Assembly (NCBI GenBank): GCA_051867915.1 | Contig: JBJDZJ010000191.1 | Span: 5,487-69,486 of the forward strand | DNA: 64,000 bases | Reading direction: 5' to 3' | DNA from: Eubacteriales bacterium | GTDB taxonomy: Bacteria > Bacillota > Clostridia > Oscillospirales > CAG-272 | Shown: positions 60,646 through 64,000 of the stretch, in pieces | Numbering within the stretch: the stretch's first letter is position 1 | Layout of the letters: each line of letters begins with the position of its first letter | The notes under the pieces: generated by a model | Database searches by the model: none | Seen by the model: the letters and a program-made list of their open reading frames with translations, nothing else | What the model was told of the DNA's origin: nothing | Translations under genes and position numbers: made by a program

Positions 60646-60680
60646 CCTTGATGTTTGACTTTATTCAAATTTTTGCCTTG

Positions 60681-61028
60681 TCACGCCTCGCTGCGGGGAT
60701 CCTTTCCGCCAAGCAGGTCCAGGGCTTCCTCCACCGTTCTTCCGCTTGCGAGAAAGGCGTCCGCCACCTGTCTGGCCTGCTCCTGTCGGCGGCCGGATTC
60801 GAGAGCGGCATCCGCTTGCTCCTTCGTCTGCTCCAATAAGCACAGCTCCCGCTTGCAGGAGCGGATTTGCTGTCGCTTGGATTTGACATCGCAGGAAAGA
60901 CTGTCAAGCTCCGCATTCAAGGATGCAATCTGATCCTCGACACGGTGAATCTGCGCCTCAATCTCGTCTGTCCCGGTTGCGAAACTCCCTTTTCTGACCT
61001 TGTTTTTACTCCCTTTTGGTCTGCCCAT
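60681..61028 (-). CDS. Small (115 aa) protein: AT-hook-like N-terminus (MGRPKGSKNK) + coiled coil + short helical C-terminal motif
   Basis: The heptad-like region EIEAQIHRVEDQIASLNAELDSLS... makes this sense frame more protein-like than the overlapping plus-strand ORFs. No family recognised. Confidence 0.5.
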   Translation of the reverse strand: MGRPKGSKNKVRKGSFATGTDEIEAQIHRVEDQIASLNAELDSLSCDVKSKRQQIRSCKRELCLLEQTKEQADAALESGRRQEQARQVADAFLASGRTVEEALDLLGGKDPRSEA

Positions 61029-61199
61029 AAAATCTACCACACCTTCTGACTGCTGTATTCGGATCCTTTTTTCAGGATCCGCGGTTTTTCGAAAGTTCCG
61101 CTATAGGGAACCCCGATACATGACCTTCCTGAAAAGGATTCTTTGCATTCATCATAAGCAAAAGGAGGTTTTTTTATGCAGAGATTCGGGCGTTTTTTT

Positions 61200-62252
61200 C
61201 TAATTTTTTTTCGTCTTCGCCATGGCTTTCACAGACGACTCCGAAAAATACTGCCGCATCTTCAGGGGAGAGATACCGTAGTATTCGCTGAAGACCCGAT
61301 AAAAATTGGACACCGAGGTAAAACCGCTGGTACGGGCGACCTCCGAAATGGGAATGTTGCTGTTCTGAAGAAGTTTGACCGTTTTTTCGATTCGCATGGT
61401 GTTGATGTAATCGGAAATGCCGATTCCCGTGTGCTTGCGGAACAGGGAAGACAGATAGTTGGGCGTGACCGATACGGCGGTTGCAATATCGGCAACCGCC
61501 GGGTGCTCCGCCAGATGTTCCCGGATGTAGGTCTGCGCACCCTTGACGGTGGGGTGGATGCTTTCGATGGAGCGAAGGATGCTGTCGTCCTCCGCACGGA
61601 TAAACTCCAGCAGGAACTGATAGAGCATCAGCTGAAGGGAAAACCGCTTGCCGGAGCGGTCGTTATCGTATTCGTCCTGCATATGCCTCAGCAGAGCGGC
61701 GGCACGCTCCGATTTATCGGCGGGAATGTGATAGATTCCGCCGGTGCGGGCGGCAATGAAAGAGGGCGTATCCCGAAGGAGACTGTTTCCTTCCTCCAAC
61801 AGAGAGCCGTGAAAAACCAGCTCCATGGTAGCAATGTCGCTGCCCGGTCCGATGATCCATGTATGGGGAATATAGCAGCCGATCAGCAGAATATCCCCGG
61901 GACGGAGAACATAGGTGCGGCGATCCACAATATAGAGAATCTGACCGGAGGTTACCATATTGACCTCGATGTTCTCGTGCATATGAAATCCGATGGTCTG
62001 GGGAATTCGATTTTCCCATCCGGCGGGAATGCTGTCCGGCATCAGGTCGACGGGAATGGCATCCGATTTCGAAGACTGGTGAATCATCGGATCCTCGTCA
62101 AAATCAAAATAAGTGACCTGGTCATAGTCCCGGATGTTGGAAATCACGCTGTCATCCGGATTTTCAACCGATTTGGTCCGTAATCGAAGCGGGAAATCCG
62201 AAGAAAAAGGGACATCGTTCATATAATAAAGCTTTGTAGAAAATTTTAACAT
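61200..62252 (-). CDS. AraC family transcriptional regulator (cupin-type sensor + HTH)
   Basis: C-terminal double HTH VADIATAVSVTPNYLSSLFRKHTG...ISEVARTSGFTSVSNFYRVFSEYYGISP. Start MLKFSTKLYY after GAAGGAAGG. Confidence 0.85.
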   Translation of the reverse strand: MLKFSTKLYYMNDVPFSSDFPLRLRTKSVENPDDSVISNIRDYDQVTYFDFDEDPMIHQSSKSDAIPVDLMPDSIPAGWENRIPQTIGFHMHENIEVNMVTSGQILYIVDRRTYVLRPGDILLIGCYIPHTWIIGPGSDIATMELVFHGSLLEEGNSLLRDTPSFIAARTGGIYHIPADKSERAAALLRHMQDEYDNDRSGKRFSLQLMLYQFLLEFIRAEDDSILRSIESIHPTVKGAQTYIREHLAEHPAVADIATAVSVTPNYLSSLFRKHTGIGISDYINTMRIEKTVKLLQNSNIPISEVARTSGFTSVSNFYRVFSEYYGISPLKMRQYFSESSVKAMAKTKKN

Positions 62253-62488
62253 ACTGCCTTCCTTCTTCTGAATTTGGATATATTTAATTTTATCATAAAT
62301 TTTGAGAATTGTCAAGAGTATTATTATAAATTTGGATAATTTGCAGTGAAAAACAAAATGGAAAATGTGTATAATTCACAAAAAATTGATGTTTTGCTAT
62401 TAAAAAGACATCGGGTTGACCGATCCGGCATAGACTGAACCGATCGTGTGCGAAGCAGTAAAAAATACGCTTCGGGGGAGATTTTCGG

Positions 62489-63505
62489 ATGAAAACACAG
62501 ACAGAGCAAACGAAGAAATTGACAACAAAGGAAAATCGGTGCAGGTACAAAAATCTGGATCTGCACTGCGACAGTCTGACCCTTGCGGGAGAGACAGGCG
62601 GTCGGATGATCGGACGGGTGACGCCCCGAAGTCTGAGTCTGGGCGGATATCTGGGGCAGGTGTTTGCGATCTATTTTCCCGATCCTGCGGGGATGGAAGA
62701 GAGCGATTCCGAATTTTTCGACCGCCACATCCGGCTGTTTCGGAGGTTGCTTCTCGAAAATACCGGTACCCTCGCTTTTGCGGACGGGTACGCCGATCTG
62801 ATGCGCAATCGGCGGCAGGGGCGGATCTCCGCCCTGCTGTCGGTGGAGGACTGCCGCATACTGGAATCGGAAAAACTGCTGTCCCGGCGGATGGAGCATC
62901 TTCGGTCGTCGGGCGTCCGGATGCTGGGACTTTGCTGGAACCGCCCCAATGTGCTGGGTTATCCGGCATCCGCCGATCCCGAAATCATGAACCGCCCTTT
63001 GACCGATCTCGGTATGAATGCGCTGGATGAGGCGGCAGATCGTCGGATGGCGGTGGATGTGTCTCATTTGTCGGACGGGGGATTTCGGTCGGTGGCGGAA
63101 AGGGCGAGGACGCCCTTTCTGGCGTCCCACAGCTGCTGTCGCGCCATATGCAAGCATCCGCGGAATCTCAGCGATCCCATGCTGAAGACACTCGGTGAGC
63201 ATGGCGGCATTGCGGGCGTGAATTTCTATCCCCCTTTCGTTGATCCCGATGTCCGTCTGATGCAGAATCGGATTCTGTCCATGGAGCGGGTTGCCGATCA
63301 TATCGTTCATATGATTTCGGAGGGCGGCGAGGATCTGCCCGCCCTCGGCAGTGATTTCGACGGGTTCTCGGATCCCTCATGCCCCAATGCCCCGGAGGAT
63401 CTGCCCGATCTGGCGGCTGTCCTGCAAAAACGGGGACTGTCGGAGCGTCAGATTGAAAAAATCACCTGCGGAAACGCCCTTCGCTTTTATCGGGAACTGG
63501 GATAG
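62489..63505 (+). CDS. Membrane-dipeptidase family (peptidase M19) metallopeptidase
   Basis: DLHCDSL, VDVSHLSDGGF, ASHSCCRAICKHPRNLSD, GVNFYPPF and GSDFDGF match the M19 zinc-ligand blocks. RBS GGGGGAG. Confidence 0.85.
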   Translation: MKTQTEQTKKLTTKENRCRYKNLDLHCDSLTLAGETGGRMIGRVTPRSLSLGGYLGQVFAIYFPDPAGMEESDSEFFDRHIRLFRRLLLENTGTLAFADGYADLMRNRRQGRISALLSVEDCRILESEKLLSRRMEHLRSSGVRMLGLCWNRPNVLGYPASADPEIMNRPLTDLGMNALDEAADRRMAVDVSHLSDGGFRSVAERARTPFLASHSCCRAICKHPRNLSDPMLKTLGEHGGIAGVNFYPPFVDPDVRLMQNRILSMERVADHIVHMISEGGEDLPALGSDFDGFSDPSCPNAPEDLPDLAAVLQKRGLSERQIEKITCGNALRFYRELG

Positions 63506-63656
63506 GAAGATGTGATGAATAGGATCAGGGGGACTTGTCCGAAAGTCCCCTTGAAACTTTTTCATGCCTTGATAAAAGAAATGCCCAATTTGAGAGCATC
63601 AGAGACTTCTCCCATCCGGCAGGGCTTGCTATTTTTCGGAAAAAGTCCTTCGGGTC

Positions 63657-63685
63657 TTGCATTTTCACACAATTTGGTGTATAAT
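63657..63685 (+). promoter_or_regulatory. Candidate promoter of the ApbE-like gene
   Basis: TTGCAT (63657-63662), 17 nt, TATAAT (63680-63685). Confidence 0.55.
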
Positions 63686-63714
63686 GGTGCTATCTTGAGA
63701 AAGGAGCCGCCTAT

Positions 63715-64000
63715 ATGATCGGATTTCTGCGCAAATGCCTGTCCTTTTTTCTTCCGTTTGTCCTGATGATCCCCTTTTTCGGGTGCGAAACCGGACGCCG
63801 ACTGTACAGCGAAACCTTTTTCGACAGTTTTGATACCGTCACCACCCTGCGGGGATATGCCGACTCCTACGAGCAGTTTGAGGAATATGTAGAACTGGCG
63901 AGAACCACTCTTCTGGACTATCACCGTCTTTACGATATTTATGAGGACTACGACAACATCAACAATCTGAAAACCGTCAACGATCACCCGGGACAGGCCG
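63715..64000 (+). CDS. FAD:protein FMN transferase (ApbE family) lipoprotein, 3'-truncated by the window edge
   Basis: Not in the ORF track because it has no stop in the window. My translation from the ATG at 63715 (after GAAAGGAG) is MIGFLRKCLSFFLPFVLMIPFFGCETGRRLYSETFFDSFDTVTTLRGYADS.... It shows a lipobox and the F.(M/F)(D/G)T(V)..(L/I) opening typical of ApbE proteins. Confidence 0.55.
   Translation, partial: MIGFLRKCLSFFLPFVLMIPFFGCETGRRLYSETFFDSFDTVTTLRGYADSYEQFEEYVELARTTLLDYHRLYDIYEDYDNINNLKTVNDHPGQA

Noticed and set aside
61176-62183. 335-aa plus-strand ORF with a strong-looking RBS (AAAAGGAGG, 7 nt, ATG).
   Set aside because: It is entirely antisense to the AraC regulator gene, which has an unmistakable double HTH. 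Its product (MQRFGRFFLIFFRLRHGFHRRL...) is Arg/Gly-rich and featureless. The RBS-like string is probably fortuitous in the AraC 3' flank.

Overview
This is a 64-kb chromosomal window from a GC-rich Gram-positive anaerobe. GGAGG-type ribosome-binding sites, many lipoboxes and the gene content look like gut Clostridia/Oscillospiraceae, but that taxonomy is inference only. I can support about 35 protein genes. I saw no rRNA, tRNA, CRISPR array, transposase or integrase.

Layout:
1. 1-1502: the end of a phage-like structural module (5'-truncated major capsid gene plus one ORF), closed by a bidirectional terminator.
2. 1513-6843, minus strand: a hexuronate operon, uxaC-uxuA-SDR(uxuB-like)-eda-Gfo/Idh/MocA, with a good promoter.
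3. 7244-34146, plus strand: a ~27-kb uninterrupted same-strand block.
   - A 2927-aa S8 (lactocepin/C5a-peptidase-like) protease with Big_2 and BspA-type LRR regions, a two-helix membrane hairpin and an extra C-terminal ectodomain.
   - An atypical Opp/Dpp-type ABC importer: an 842-aa lipoprotein binding protein, 2 permeases and 2 ATPases.
   - A ~1401-aa GLUG-motif lipoprotein.
   - Two lipoproteins with WCGPC thioredoxin domains and a third paralogous lipoprotein.
4. 34322-36850, minus strand, convergent: a 5-TM protein with an external C-terminal CTEC tail, followed by a NapH-like polyferredoxin (CX3CP motifs plus 2x[4Fe-4S]) fused through a TM helix to a third WCGPC thioredoxin domain.
5. 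37029-64000:
   - metY and a CBM9-like lipoprotein.
   - A TetR regulator, an MMPL transporter and a 1258-aa GLUG surface protein translationally coupled to the MMPL gene.
   - An SGNH esterase lipoprotein and a TraX-like protein.
   - A TetR plus ABC (ATPase and FtsX-like permease) operon.
   - An ECF sigma factor, a membrane protein and a serpin lipoprotein.
   - An HMA (CopZ-like) protein.
   - A tail-anchored GH92 with two discoidin domains.
   - A CarD-like regulator, a small AT-hook/coiled-coil protein, an AraC regulator and an M19 dipeptidase.
   - A 3'-truncated ApbE-like lipoprotein.

The best candidate for an undescribed system is the 28-37 kb cluster. It would be a CcdA/DsbD-independent, Fe-S-driven extracytoplasmic thiol-reductase module, physically appended to a surface protease/peptide-uptake locus.

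All family assignments come from motifs I can read in the translations. No database search was run. The many long ORFs antisense to the large genes are rejected as GC-driven shadow ORFs.
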